Origin: Schmidtea polychroa | Taxonomy: Eukaryota | Direction of reading: 5' to 3' | Length of the DNA stretch: 64,000 nucleotides | Assembly (NCBI GenBank): GCA_044892525.1 | Contig: CM097885.1 | Coordinates: 237,834,001 to 237,898,000 of the forward strand | Part shown: one piece after another, positions 35,901 through 50,234 of the stretch | Layout of the letters: every line of letters begins with the position of its first letter | Position numbering within the stretch: position 1 is the first letter of the stretch | Program-made: the position numbers and the translations under genes | Notes under the pieces: model-generated | Told to the model about the DNA's origin: nothing | Seen by the model: the letters and a program-made list of their open reading frames with translations, nothing else | Databases searched by the model: none

Positions 35901-36199
35901 CAATTTTTTTCAAAATTGTTCTTTGCAGCTCTTGTAAGGTATTGTATTGAGAAATAAACCCTACATACCCTTGTTCTTATGTTAAAATATGTCGTTTCCT
36001 GATGGTATTCCTTATCATCTGAACGCACCACGTATAAGCAACTCATGCCATCCTTATATAACCCAATAGGCGTGCGTGAATAACTGAATAAAATAAAATT
36101 GTAAAGTGATATTCAATACAATTTTTATGGTAGACTAGTTTCGATACTGGGTGGAATCGAGTTTCTTACATTGTACCGACTTGAAATCTTTATGGCATA

Positions 36200-37335
36200 A
36201 GATACATCATTTTTGGAAACAAATTAAATATGCGTTTCCAAAAAAAAGTTGAAACTTAAACTGCATTTATGGAATACGCATAAATTAATGACAAGTTGTC
36301 CATCACGACTTTTTGTATACTGGTAGGTGATTTCGGAATATCACAAAATCCCCGCGTTCGTAAACATTTTCTTAAATCGTCTGAACTACAAAATATGCGA
36401 AACGGTAATCCGTCTGAAGCTACCATTCGAGATATTACTGCAGCAAAACTTTCGTCTACTTTTGAAATATAAAAATCTTTAATCGTTTTGATTTTTGTAG
36501 CTAAATCGCCGGTATTCGCACCAGCAGCATCCGTATCATCAATTTTTCGTTTATTTAAAATCTTGTTATGTTTAGTCCGCAAATGGGTGTGCATGGGTGT
36601 CGTACACCCACCCAATATCTTTAAAACCTGCCTACACTGTGTACATTTCGCCACTTGAGTTTTGTGTCCCTCGTATAAAATGATTCCACACCGAATTTGA
36701 AGTACTCTCTTTGGAGACATCTATAAAAATTTCGTCTTGCTTATCCGCCATTCTTGGGATTAAAAATATGTACACAAGAAATATATGAAATTTTGAAACT
36801 AATAAAACCTACCTATATCAAATGCTACCGTGAAGAATTGAACTTGAATGGTTAATTAAATATTTATATTATTAAAATAAAATGTAATGATTTACTGATT
36901 ACTAAATTTAATATTAAATATTAGACAGGAGGACGTTATTAAACTGATAATGATTTACTGTTTATTTATACTAAATTTACAATTACACTTAAATATAACA
37001 TATAACACAACACAACACAGGAAAAAACATTTCTATTATGATATGATTTCACAAAAAATTTAAATGTCAAAACGAATAACATTATTTTTATTTCTCATGA
37101 CAAACTGTTTGTATTATTTTTAAAAATAAATCGTTACAATACAAAGTAATATAGTTTTTTTATATATTTTTTTGTCAGTCGCTGGAATTCCGTGTAATTT
37201 GTTAAAAAGCAAAAAAAAATATTTAAATGCGAATAATCCGGAATTCGATTCATTTCAATTCCGGAATTTCGAATTTAAAAAACGAGGCGGAATTTCGGAA
37301 TTCCGAAATTTCGAAATCCGGATTTGGATTCCCTA
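36200..37335 (-). mobile_element. hAT transposon 5' part with BED zinc finger
   Basis: AKCTQC..GGCTTPMHTHLRTKH; ISRMVASDGLPF; terminus TAGGGAATCC with CCGGAATT subterminal repeats. Confidence 0.7.
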
Positions 37336-37450
37336 ATGACAACTTATAAACACGATTTTTTCGGTTTTTTTGTCACATCCGATACATATTGAATTTTTTT
37401 AATTCTTAATGAAAACATATGAAATGTAAAAGATAAAAAATTACTCATAG

Positions 37451-37609
37451 ATAACTGAAGAAAATGATTTCGGTAAAAAAGTTGTAAAAGGCGGAGCATT
37501 TAATGTGATTAATGAAGAAAATCCATTCCAAAGAGTGGAAAACGCCATCAACAAAGGCAAATATGAAACGAATTGGGTCGTGGAAGAATTTCAACAGAAT
37601 TATAATGAA
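37451..37609 (+). CDS. EHD: EHD exon 3
   Basis: TAG|ITEE..VKGGAF..NPF..WVV..YNE|GT; 159 nt. Confidence 0.9.
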
Positions 37610-37658
37610 GTTAAAGACATTGCCAAATATTAATATTTATTATTAATATCAAATACAG

Positions 37659-37931
37659 ATTTTCCATTCCCTAGAACCCAAAAATGGGCTGCTTACAGGG
37701 CAACAGGTCAGAGATCATCTTTTGAAAACGAAATTACCAGTGCCAGTACTGAGTCGAGTTTGGAAATTATCGGATTTGGATGGTGACGGATTCTTGGACC
37801 GGGACGAATTTGCTTTGGCGTCTTACTTGGTGAAATTGAAACTAAGTGGGGATGAGTTGCCAAATGAATTACCAAAGCATTTAATCCCACCATCAAAAGT
37901 TGGCATCCAAAAAATCGACAGCCCAAATTAA
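37659..37931 (+). CDS. EHD: EHD exon 4 (EH domain); full CDS 1614 nt, 537 aa
   Basis: After a 49 bp intron: IFHSLEPKNGLLTG..KLPVPVLSRVWKLSDLDGDGFLDRDEFALA..LPKHLIPPSK, TAA. Confidence 0.95.
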   Translation: MFHSLEPKNGLLTGQQVRDHLLKTKLPVPVLSRVWKLSDLDGDGFLDRDEFALASYLVKLKLSGDELPNELPKHLIPPSKVGIQKIDSPN

Positions 37932-38394
37932 TAACCCGACATGATCAATAGATCTTTGCCTTTATCAATGACCTTTTATCAGCAACTATCGTGACTTGTG
38001 ATTTCTGCAATTGTTAGAATTGTTACATTGGTTGTGCTTTAATTGAAATTTATTCTCATAATGGATTTTGGTATGTGCGCATTAAATGCATAATAATAAT
38101 AATAGATTTGTTTTGTTGATTATTGTTACAGAATGTGTAGGAGGAGTGCGTGTGTGTGTGTTTGTGTTTGTGTATTCCGTGCGTTGTTTTATGGCCAATA
38201 TTGATTTATTTTATTGTATTTCGATTATTCCGTGTTTTAATTGATTGGTATAATAAATATCGATAGATATATTTATTATTGAATGATTTTATGACTTATT
38301 ATCGACCGAGATTTTCAATCAACTTTTATTGATTTTAAAATAAATTTTCACAATTTCGGCAGCAAATCGATACAAGTTACTGAATTTTTGCAAC

Positions 38395-38573
<179 letters not shown>

Positions 38574-39899
38574 GTACAATAAAACAAAGGGCTATTAAAA
38601 TATGAGAAACGAAGCAGCAAAACTTCTAAAAATATATTTAACTCGAATTTAAAATTTCCAGAGTCAGACGACATGGATAATAAAAGTTACGCACTCTAAA
38701 CACAAAAGAAGCACGTAATACATATCCAAGCAGAGTTTCCATCGAAAAATGGAATTTTATCATTTCGATTTCCTTGCAGAAGAGCTTATTCGTATTGGAA
38801 TTTCTAGTTTTTGTGTTGATTGGAAACCACATTAATGTACAGTATTTATAGCATGTCCATCACTGACACAAACGTAATAATTGTGCAAGGAAAGTTTGTC
38901 AGGTAAATTTAAAAGCATTTAAACTATTTTTTATTATTGGAATGCCAAAAACAACAATAATAAAGGAATGTTAGACCTTTTGATCCATAATCATCCCACT
39001 TTATGTTACTATGCCTTATATTTAAGAAAAACCCCTACGGCCTCCCAAAGTAAAATAATATACATAAATTTTTAAATGTTAAATAAAACATGTTTATAAA
39101 TTATTTATGACATTTATTATTATTACATGGAAACTTATACATTAAATCACACATTAAACCTATTTGGGGTTGAAATTTATTTCTAAGCATATTTTAAAGA
39201 TTTGATACTATTTTAAATAAATTGAAATTGCCTAATGATTTCATGAAAGAAAACTTAAAATTTTTAAAACCTTCGAAACATGGAATAATTCAAACATGAG
39301 ATTTTAAAGGTTTACCATCAATAAAATTTTCATTGTTTTCAACAACCGCAATCAAAAAGTGATCAATGGTTTTTTTAATCAATCTTTCTAAAAAGCCCTT
39401 TGAATAGCCATTTTTATTCAAAAGAGAAACGAGCTTATGTATACTTTTGCTAGATTTTTCAAACAGAAGATAATGACTACGATCTTAAAATCAATCTCTT
39501 AATCATATTTGGTTTGCAAAAATATTTATTATAAATTGAGGTGAAATAGTCACCAGAAGTGGAAAATAAAATCGACACGCTTAAATTAATATCGAAATAA
39601 AGTCTCCAGCGGTGACCATATGGCCAATTAATAAACCGAGAGATTACTAACAGCTGTGGTAGATATTAAGAATTTAATTTCCACCAGCTTTCGATTGTGA
39701 GAAATAATAAAAGGATTTTTAGAAAAAGAAAAATTAGAATTTGTTGTGTAGTCAAAGTAAAATCTTGCTGACAATAAATATTAACCATAAGGTTATTTTA
39801 TCTATTTATTTTTAATTAATATAAACTTACCACACCCGACCACATGTATCAACATTTCGGTTTGATTTACCTGCTGGAATTAAACTCTAAGAATGGGAT

Positions 39900-40550
39900 T
39901 TATTAGGTAATGGTAGGACAATCTGGTTCTACTCGATCGCGCTTATAAATTTCTTAACAGGTATATCAAAATCAATTAACATTTTATCAAATACAAATTT
40001 AATGTCAATGCCACGAGTTAATTCTTTAAGAGGAACCAAATCCAACAATTCTTCTTTTATAGTTATATCAGCCAAGTTTTTTAACTGTATCTATACATAT
40101 ATCTGTAATACGTCTTTCTATAGTTGACAGAGATGCTGGAATTTTTGATATATTTTTATGTAATTTTAAATTTTCTGGATCAATAATTTTATCTATATCT
40201 TCAAAATTTTTTTTAAAAATTCTCCATTTGTATTAAAGTAAACGTTTTCCTCGTGTGATATTCCATGCCATGACATAACTTGCTTCCTTTAAATTGTTAT
40301 CTTCTTTTTATACAATGTAGAGCGACGGTTGTTGTTTTTCGAGTTCATTTTTCAATTCTTCAATTTTAACCTCCATTAACTTTCTTTTTTCAGGATATTG
40401 TGAATGGAAATTGCCATGAATGGCTTGGTAATGTTCTATAGTCGATCTACAAAATTTTCCATTCTTATTTATGAACAAAAATTTTAGTTCCCAATCTTCT
40501 TTTCTCTTCTTCATATTTTCTTTTTTTGGTCTTATCCATGACAACTCTAA
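39900..40550 (-). mobile_element. Degenerate hAT (GTF2IRD2-like) transposase fragment
   Basis: EDWELKFLFINKNGK; EELLDLVPLKELTRGIDI. Confidence 0.55.
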
Positions 40551-40829
40551 AATATTTTTTTAGATTGTTTGATTTTAAGTATCATAAAAATTTTATTAGA
40601 ATAAGTGCCAATTAGTAAAATCAAAATCGAAAGTATTTTAAAAATTTAAATCAATATCGATAAGGTACTATACGATATGATTGTGATTTTTATTTTAGTA
40701 AAATTGAAGAATTTTGTTTTCCAGAGATAAAAAAGCTTTCATGATATCACTTTTTATGATGCTACATCGTAGAGACGGGGCTCATTCAAAGTACGTTTAA
40801 GGGTATCAATTTTGTCAAAAATAAGGTAT

Positions 40830-41415
40830 CACAAACTAGATAATTACACCATCGAACTTGAACTAGATTCGGGTTCTTGAATATTAAATTTCTGAATAAA
40901 TATAATTATAAATAATATCAATTAGAGTATTTTAATAATATTCGATATTAAGCATATTAAACATTTGAATAGTTCGTGCAATTAACCGACTGTCTTTGTA
41001 GATATTTCCCGTTTAGATTTTCCTAATGTTGTGTCTCCTATAGTATAGTTGGATGTTTTTTTTTACGTATGTGATTTACTGAAAAGTCGAATTAATTAAA
41101 ATTTACCTATTTTTCCGATTACACTGAATACGGTAAGATAGGCCCTATTGTGTTATTTACCCACGATTAATATCCCAGAAATTACTTCGTCCGCATAGTC
41201 CCTGTGACTATGCCAACTACCAAGATGGATTTACCCGCCCTACTCCTGGTTGAACACCATTAGTTCGTGGCGACCTCTGACTATGAAAACTTTAATTTTA
41301 GTGCATGTGGGGTCGTAGACCCATTCTTCTGTGCATGAAAATGGATTTTAAGTTGGAAACAAGGCTGGCCAACATCCCTTACTAAATGCGTCTACGACGA
41401 CGTTGATCACGTTGA
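40830..41415 (-). repeat. Dispersed non-coding repeat, copy B, abutting the truncation point of the Polinton polymerase
   Basis: Reverse complement of 19950-20540 blocks; CGTTGATCA duplicated at the junction. Confidence 0.8.
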
Positions 41416-41757
41416 TCAATGAATCTTAAGCTAATTTTTCCTAAATGAGCTATCAAAGAAATAAATATTTCAGTAGTAATAGGGATACAACCTAAAGTCC
41501 AATTCTTAAATTTATTTAAACCGTATTTAAGGATATGGTGCATATCATAACCTTTCAAGTTATGAAATACGATAGGCAAAATTTTATTAATTTTCCTATT
41601 TATGTTACAAGTGCTACAAGCAGCACCCAAGTATTTCCCAGTAAAATGATCGTGATCTCTAACAGGATCGACGATACATTTCATACAAAGGTAACATTTG
41701 TCAGCATTATTAAATTGCAGTTGTTCGATACTAGTCAAATTCACCATAGGTTTCCTA

Positions 41758-43306
41758 TAGTGTTTCCAAATTACTTGATTTTTTGTAATACTCGGTTATT
41801 CGGTTACCATAGTCGAAACTAAAATTAAAAAATTAAAGATTTGATTATGCATAGTATTTAATTAAATTTTAGTGAATGTATAAAATATTTATTGTACATA
41901 TTATATTTTTTATTTATTTAAGAAATAATATTTACGAAAAATTAGCGCATTTAAGGTTTCTGGGTTCATTCTGTTTCGGATTTGTCTTCAAAGTGCCAGC
42001 TACTGAGAAGACTCGCTCGGAAGCTGTAGAGGTTGGCTTTATTGTATAATTTCTCAAGTTTTTTAGAACGTTTACCTTTAATTACTTCCAGTAGCTTACA
42101 TTCTTTTTCCAAGCTTAAATTTCGCGAATTTTGATGTTTCGGTGTCTTAAAGGAAGAAATTCACTTTTGTAATTTCTTGTATGGGTTCAGACACTCAGGT
42201 TCCTCATCTTCATTAGTGCTTGAACTTTCTGAATTTTCTAAATCTTTTGGAAATAAACGGTTCATTATTTTTGTAGCAAATCCTTTAACTTTATGTTTAG
42301 TTGAATATTCAAAAAAATTATTATTTTTAAGATACACGCCGTGGTTTAGAAATGATAGTAGAGTAATCAATTCTTTATTTCGCCGTTTTTTATTCGAGAT
42401 TTCAAATTATTCAAGAATTCTGTCGCGAGCGGATTTTAATCAATTCTAATTCTTGAAATACATATAGTAATGTTATGTCTCCAGTCAATAAATTAGAATT
42501 TTGTTTACTCAATTCCAAAACAGCTATTTTTGCGGATTCTGAAATTGAAACAATTTCTTTTAACAATTCATTATTATAAGGCGCAACTCCTAGCTCGACC
42601 AATGCACGATTAACTGAGTTTATTAATTTTAAAAATCGCACAGTTGCCAATACTAAACTACTCATCTAGTCTTTATATCTAAGAGCAAACAAACAATTTC
42701 CATCATTTTTTATTTTTTAAAATTTCTCTTCTTAAAGATGATTTTTTAAAGAATTTTATAATTTTTCTCATTTCATCTATCGTGATTTTATGTGTTCTTC
42801 GAAGCTCTGCTGTCTCTAGTTGTTATAGCATAATTGGCTTTCAGCTGATATGATTTTGCCGTATTTTACCATTACGTTTGCGCCATCGTGAGCGGAAACA
42901 GCTATGCCAGAATCAAAATCTACTCCGAATTCTTTCAATCGATTGAAAACTAATTCTTCGGTTTTTTAAGATGTGCAGCTTTTTATAATCGGAACCAAAC
43001 CAAGAATAATTTGACTCGAAATAGATTGCAGTGTGACATTAAGATATCTTCTTAAGGTGATATCAGTCCATTCATCGACAGTAATTGTAAAGTTTTGTCT
43101 TGATTTAATTTTGGCTTCTAAATTGTGCTTAGTTTCAGCTTTTTTTTCTTTGAAAAATGTTAAAACGTGTTTTCGAACACTCGATACGCTGGTTGGCATT
43201 TTGTACTACTCGGTTACTCAACGAAATTATCCAGTTAACCGAATAATAAAAAATACATGAAAATAGACGAGTACTCGGTTACTCGATTATTGGTTTGGAA
43301 ACACTA
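41758..43306 (-). mobile_element. Defective hAT transposon inserted in pPolB
   Basis: 13 bp TIR TAGTGTTTCCAAA; perfect 8 bp TSD GTTTCCTA (41750-41757, 43307-43314); TVDEWT..RYLNV and KPTSTASERVFSVAG motifs. Confidence 0.93.
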
Positions 43307-43838
43307 GTTTCCTACCCATTTTATAATAAAAAGGAAAAACTTTGTTTAATGTTATATCCTCTATAGCACTTAAAATATTTTCGACGCAATCTAAACCTAT
43401 AAACTACTGATACGATTTAGATCCGTTGATCTTAATAAGCAAAAGACCAGCAGATATTGGCATGTGTCGTTGAAAGTGTCGGAAGGTAAAATAGCCTCAA
43501 AATCGGCATAAATTACAAACGAAGGAGTTACTGTTTTCGACCAATCATTAAACTGTATTAGTTTATTATCGGGAATGTGAAAAGAGTCGTTCCTAATTGA
43601 TTTCTTTTACAAAATACTTCATGTTTGTCCAGCGCATGTTTATTTTTAAACCCGTTCAAACACCGCTGACACCTTAATGACCGTATTCCTGTATTACATT
43701 TTGTGTCTATGCGACAATTCATTAGTCGATTTAAATTAGTTATAGCTATGTAATGGAAGTTGTTTCCTTTTTTAATAATAATAAATTAATTATTTTTCCA
43801 TGCAAAACTTTGGAACGGTGTATAATAGGTGAGAGTTA

Positions 43839-45700
43839 GAATAGTCGCCAAAGAAAAAAAGCTTTAATTGTTTAAAATCGTTGCCAATGTTGAAACCCGA
43901 AAAAATCGTCGAAAATGTAGTACAAAAAAATAGTCGACAATATTAAATCCTAAATAAATAGTCGAATCTTTAGGGGTAAAAAATACAATTTTTAGAAGGG
44001 TTAACTGGCAGATGTTATATCTGTAGTAGGTAGTAAATATTCTAGATGTATTTATAATTAAATACCGGGGGGGAAGGGGGGAAGAGTTTTTTTGTCAAAA
44101 ATTAGTGTTAAGAACTCAGACCGTTGTTTAAATGCCACACGAACAATAATTTTCCAATAACAGAAACAAAACACTTGTAACAAATACAAAACTTGTATCA
44201 AAAGACATTTCAATTTTTGTTATAATAATGTATTTACAAACCCTTTAGTTATACATGGTACTTACTAAATTTGAAATAAAACCAACAGACTAAAAATAAA
44301 ATACACAAAAAGTTATGCAAAAAAAATATTGCAACTTTTATACAACTATATATATATATATATATTGACTTCAACAACACTATTTACTAACAACATTTAA
44401 AATTATCTAAATATTTAATAAATTAACATAATAATTTTTTGTAAACATGGAACTTTTGGTGTTGGTAGCTTTCTTCTTTTTATGGAATATAAATTTTTTG
44501 AATTGATTGAACATTGCATTTACAAATTGGACAAGAATTGACTGGGTTATCTTTCAAGATACCGGCAAAATTATCGCAGATACACACATAAAAACAAGGC
44601 ACCATCATGTGACTGATGCGTTCAATGAGACTTTTACAAACAATTGCAAGTGGAAGATATGTTTGCTGGTGCATGGCTTGCACGCTCCTCTTGTTCAGCT
44701 TTCAGTGCTTCAATTTCCTCGTGTTCTCTCATTAGTTGTTTATTTCTTACCTCAGTTTGGATCTTTTTCAAATCAGATTTAGGGTTTTGCCATCTGATTG
44801 ATGAACTGAATTGGAGTAATTGTATAATCTCGGAGTTTTTGTTCAGCTTTGTCCACCACAGACTTTGCCTCCTCCATTCTCACTGACAGTTGGCTCAATA
44901 ACATGCCGTGATAATTGATCTTAAAAGGACCAAATTGTCACCCCATGATGAATTCTTTTGGCCATTCTGGAATACAGGCTTTCACAATGATTATTGGTCC
45001 TATGTTCCAGGTCATAACTGCTGATGACATCATTTCTAACTTGCTGCATACAGTACTTCAAAAAGTACTCCTGGTGAAGGATTTTCCATTGTCGCCGACA
45101 TCTAACAATTCTCACCCTTGAGGATGTTTAATGTTGGAAGTATTTTGTCTGGAGGAAGTAAAGTGTTGCAAATGTTGCAAATTCCTTATCATCTCTGAAC
45201 TCAACAGCCATTGTTTCCTTCACTTTCCGTAGTAATGCTTGCCCAAAATTGTTAATGTTGGGAAAAGAAGATCGAATAGCTTTTAAGAGTCCAGCCTCAA
45301 AATCTGACATTGAATTTTGAGGTGCAAAGTTTTCCCCTCCAAAGGATGATGCTCTCATACAAGCCTTAATGTTTACTTGTCATAACAATATGAATGATTA
45401 GAAGAACTGTTCCTTTGAAGTCTATTAAGATGTTCAAAACTTGAGCAAACAGTTTTTTTGGCACCTGACAAAATTTCTAAGCATTCATTGGCTGCAAAGA
45501 TTAGACATATCTCATTTCCAAACTCGACCCAGCCTTTGTAAAATGAATTGGATGGATGATCACCATTATCCAAAACATACTGTCTCCTCTACCGTACCAG
45601 GTATTGGTGGAAAAAGTGAACTTTGATATTTTAAAGAAGGAGCAACTTCAGGCCAGTTTATATTTGCCTGCGCTTCTTGACTTGACTGAGATAAAGATGG
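43839..45700 (-). mobile_element. Degenerate Mutator-like (MULE) element with C-terminal RING-like finger
   Basis: MSDFEAGLLKAI..FP, HRTNNHCES; RING-like VC..MVPCFYVCICD..CPIC (44480-44683); AATAGTCG subterminal repeats; boundaries approximate. Confidence 0.65.
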
Positions 45701-46726
45701 TGTTTCTGAATAACTCATACCACTTAACGTACTTATTTTAGTTATTGTGAAATGAATTTCAATTATATTTTTTATTAACCAACTACTTCCTAACTCTGTT
45801 ATGTTTGTTATTTTTTCGTTTAATTCCCTAATGCCTTCGTCGAAAAATGACGCAGTTAGTGGTTTCGCATGATTAGAGATATTATTAACTTTTATTTCCC
45901 CGTCTTTTTCAAATTCGATTGTTATTCCGAATTGAAATTTGACGGAGCCTAATTCATTAATAATATCTCTGAATTTGTTTATTAACGATTCTGGAAATAT
46001 TATTTTCTTAATATTTAAATCGCTAGTATTTAAACTCAATATCTGGTGGATACCTCTTAAATCGCGTCGAACTATTGGTACATTTCCACCTATTTGTATA
46101 ATATTTAATCCATCCCAAGAATCAAGGGAAATGTTGTCAAATCCATCATTGGATTCAACAACCAATCCATCCTGGGATTCGACAAATAGAAATCCGTCGT
46201 AGTTTTTGTAGTTTTTATCGTTATTATTGTTAATTTATGTTATTTTGTTGAAGATTTTGTAGAGCCCGAAAGAGTCGCCGTTAAAACTTGTAGCGGGACA
46301 ATCGGGGTGCGTGCTATGTTCAAAATATAATAATTACAAACAATATAAAGTTACGAATATAACGCAAAACAATAATAAAATGTTACATCTTTTAAACTTT
46401 ATTATAACAAAGAAATAAAACCTCGTGTTAATCTTGGATTTTCGTAAATTGTAGTTCAAAATATTTTCTATGATTTCCTCTGCACTATAATTTATTTAGG
46501 AGATTTATATATCGAGAAATATGATTCAAGTACAAATATAGTTCGATTAAAAACAACTGATTGATGAAACAGTATCTGCGTTTTCCGAAAACTTCTTTCT
46601 CCTTTCTTCACAATACTCACAATCTGTTTTGCAGTAAGATTCAAATAAGATTTGTTAATTCTCAATTTTTAATTTTCTATTTCCAACTCGACATTGATTT
46701 TTTTATTTGATTTTTTTTAAATTTTT

Positions 46727-49700
46727 TGTAATTTACTATAGCGATAATTTACTATAGTAATATATAGTTTTTTATTAAAAATCTGGATTTCCCAGATGGT
46801 TGTATTTTATATCTTAGTATACACAATTCCTAATTGTGAATACTAAAATATTAACAAAAATAACTGTACATTACATAACTTCCCCCTTTAAAACCGGAGG
46901 TTAACATGAATCGATAAAAAGTAACGTAAAAAAATTACATTCAATAAACTTTTTTTTTCGTATGTTTTATATGTTTTTGTGTATTTTGTTTCTGTTTCTT
47001 TGTATCTACAACTTCAATAAAATTAAAAATTTACATTTTGTTTTGTATTTACAAGAAAAATAAAAACTGTACAATTAACGCTGTTTGTGCGTGTGTTTGT
47101 TTGTGTATGTTTGTGTTTTTATTTAAAGCATTCGCTGTAGCGTTTTTTGTATAGTGGAGCCAGTATTGTGTCTTTGTCGAATATTTTGATTGAATTTTTG
47201 TGGTTGAATGTGATGTTTTTGTGAATTGGTTGTGTTTGGGTTTGTGTTTTGTCTTGCGGTGAGTTGTTTTGTGGGTTTTTGTTTTGGTGATAGGGTTTTA
47301 TTCGTCTTATGTTTATTTTCATTTTGTTGTTGTTTTTGATTATTGTGGCGACGTTTTTGTTAACTTCTAGGAGTTTGAATGGACCCTCGTATTTGGATTC
47401 GAATCCTTTTGTGAATGGTTTTTTTAATAGGATGAAATCTGTTGTTAATACTATTTTTCCGTCTAATTCGGAGTCCGGTCTTCTTTTTAAAATTCCTTTT
47501 GGTTTCTGTTCGGTTGTTTCGCTATTTTTGTTTGTTATTTGTTTGCTGTTTTCGGTGTTTTTGTTTGTATCTGATTTAAGTGATGGCAAGTTTGTTGCTT
47601 TTCCGAAAATTTTGTATGCTGGACTTTCATTATCTGTTGAATTTGGGCTATTTCTTAGTCCGATTAATATTGTTGGAAGTTGGTTTAACCAGTTTTGGTC
47701 ATTGGCTTTTGTCCTGATGCTTTCTTTTAATGTTCTGTGGAACCGTTCGATTTTCCCATTTGATTGTGGGTTGTAAGCTGTTGTTCGATTTCTTTTGATA
47801 TTGTATTTATTGCACAGTATTTTGAACATTTCTGATTCGAATTGTCTGCCTTGATCAGTTATGATTGTTATCGGTTGGCCGTAACGAGCTATCCAGTTTA
47901 GTTCGATCATTTCGCAGATATTTTTTGCTGTGATTTCTTTTATTGGGATCGCTTCGAACCAATTGGTTTTTCTGTCTATAATTGTTAGTAGATATTTGTA
48001 GTTGTCGTTTGGTGGTAGTGGTCCTACTACGTCTGTGTGTATTGTTTCAAACGCTTCACTGCTTCGGAAGTTTACTTTTTGTGTTTTAGGTTTTTTTGTT
48101 GTTTTATTTAATTGGCAGCTGTGGCAACTTTTGACGAAATTTTTGATGTCTTCCCGCATGTGAGGCCATACATATTTGTTATGTATTAACTCGAATGTTA
48201 TTTTGTTTCCCGGATGATTGATAGTATGTATCTTTTTGATGCAGTCTTGTCGGAGTTCTTCGGGTAGTAGGATTCGTTTGTTGCTTTCGTTGGAGACATC
48301 GTGCCATATTCCATCGAGTTCCTGTAGTTTCAGGCTGTGTTTAGTAGGCAGTTTGCTTAATGTATCGGTTTGTCTGGATTTGATTTGATCCAATTCAATT
48401 ATTTCTCCGAATTCTAGGGCGTTTATGTCACTTTCAATTCTGGATAGAGCATCTGCTGCTATGTTTGATTTTCCTGCTACGTAGTTTATTGTGCAGTTGA
48501 ATTGTGAAATGAAATTGATTTGTCTGATCTGCCTTGGTGAAGGGTTTTTCATTTCTATTGCGTTTGTTAGCGGTTTGTGGTCTGTGAATATTTTGAATGT
48601 TCGTCCTTCGAGTAAATGTTGAAAGTGTTTGATTGCTTCGTGTATTGCTAGGAGTTCTCTGTCGAATGTTGAGTATCTTGTTTGATGTGATTTTAGTTTT
48701 TTCGAGAAAAATCCCAGTGGTTGTTTGCCGAATTTATTTTCCTGGAAAATTGTTGCGCCCATTGAAAAAACCAGAACAGTCTGTAGTTAGTTGATACTCT
48801 AGTTCTGGATCTGGGTAACGGAGTAGAGATGCCGTTGATAGGCTTTCTTTGGCTTTATTGAATGTGTCGGTTGTTTGTTGTGTCCAGTTTATTGTTACGT
48901 TTCGTTTGGTTTTGATGATGTTGTTTAGTGGTGCCAGTAGGTTGCTGCAATTTGGGATGTAAGAATGATAAAAGTTTACCATTCCTAGAAATTTCCTCAA
49001 CTCTCTTGTGTTTTTCGGCAGTTTGTAGTTTTTTATATTGTTTATTTTGTTTTCTATTGGTTGTGTTCCTTTGTCGTTTAGCGTGTGACCAAGGAAATTT
49101 ATTTCCGTTTTCATAAATTCGCACTTTTGAGTGTTTATTTTTAGTTTTGCATTGTCCAGTGTTTTGAACACTTTTTCCACGTCCTTTAGATGTGTTTCTT
49201 TGTCTGGGCTTGTTATTAGGATGTCGTCCAGATAAGCGATTGTGTTTTTGTTGTTTTTCATTGTTTGATCCATGAATCGTTGGAAGGTTGCTGCGGCGTT
49301 TCGTTGACCGGAAGGCATTCGGTTGTATTCGAAAATGCCGATCGGTGTTGTTATTGCTGTCTTTTTTATGTCCTCTTTTCTAATTGGGATCTGATGATAT
49401 GCTTTTTGTAGGTCAATTTTTGAAAAATATTTTGCGCCGTTTAGTCGATTTATTATGTCTTTTATTATCGGTAATGGATAGCTGTCGGGCTCTGTTATTT
49501 TGTTCAGGAGTCTGTAATCGCCACACGCTCTCCATTCTCCGTTAGCTTTTTGTTTTAGCATCAGTGCTGAAGACCATTCTGAGTTTGAATGTTTTACTAT
49601 ATTATTTTCCAACAGTTCGTTAAATATATTTTTTGTGATTTCTATTTTTTTGGATCCAGTGGTCTTACTTTTGAGTGGACTGGGTTTCCGTTTGTCAGTA

Positions 49701-50234
49701 TTGCGTGTTCAGTAGTGTGGTTTGAATTTCCATCGAAAGTTACTGGTTCGCAGAGTTTATTGTATTTTGCCAGTAGTGTGACTATTTCTGGTACGTGTTC
49801 AATAGTTTTAATTGTTTTGATAGTTGGTGTATTTGTTTGAATCACGCCGATGTCTACTTTCGAAAAGTTTGAAGTTGTGTTCCTGGCTGTTTCTTTGTCT
49901 GTTTTGTTGTTTTCGACTATTTTCTTGTTTCGACAGTCCACTATTAGGTTGTAATTTGCTAAGAAATCGGCCCCGATTATTGACTGTTGTACTTCTGCGA
50001 TTGTGAATGGCCAACTGTATTTTTTTGAATTTATTGTGAGTGTTATTGTATATTGGCCAAATGTTTTAATTTTGGAGCCATTGGCAGCGGTTAGTGACTT
50101 TTCTGTAGTAAATTATCGCTATATAGTTTTTTATTAAAAATCTGGATTTCCCAGATGGTTGTATTTTATATCTTAGTATACACAATTCCTAATTGTGAAT
50201 ACTAAAATATTAACAAAAATAACTGTACATTACA
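46727..50234 (-). mobile_element. Small Ty3/gypsy retrotransposon, gag deleted; LTRs ~46727-46875 and ~50104-50234
   Basis: Identical LTR core; minus-strand PPT AAAGGGGGAAG next to the 3' LTR; no TSD seen. Confidence 0.88.
47119..50100 (-). pseudogene. pol: Gypsy pol (partial PR, RT, RNase H, integrase), with frameshift and stop
   Basis: RACGDYRLLN, KIDLQKAYHQI, YLDDILI; DRELLAI, TDHKPL; HTINH..CHSC, TDVVGP, TDQGRQFES, IERFH. Confidence 0.95.

Larger units (their letters stand above)
41416..46200 (-). pseudogene. Polinton/Maverick protein-primed DNA polymerase B, N-terminal half, in three pieces (45700-46200, 43307-43836, 41416-41757)
   Basis: ELGSSWLI..SGMSYSETP; FHYIAITNLNRL, CQRCLNGF, FVIYADFEAI; CYLC..VRDHDHFTGKYLGAACSTCN, VFHNLKGYD.H, LRFID. 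Confidence 0.85.

Noticed and set aside
39100..39480. Penelope/GIY-YIG retroelement remnant on the minus strand
   Set aside because: Only weak motifs (NKNGYS, STPNRFN); too degenerate to support
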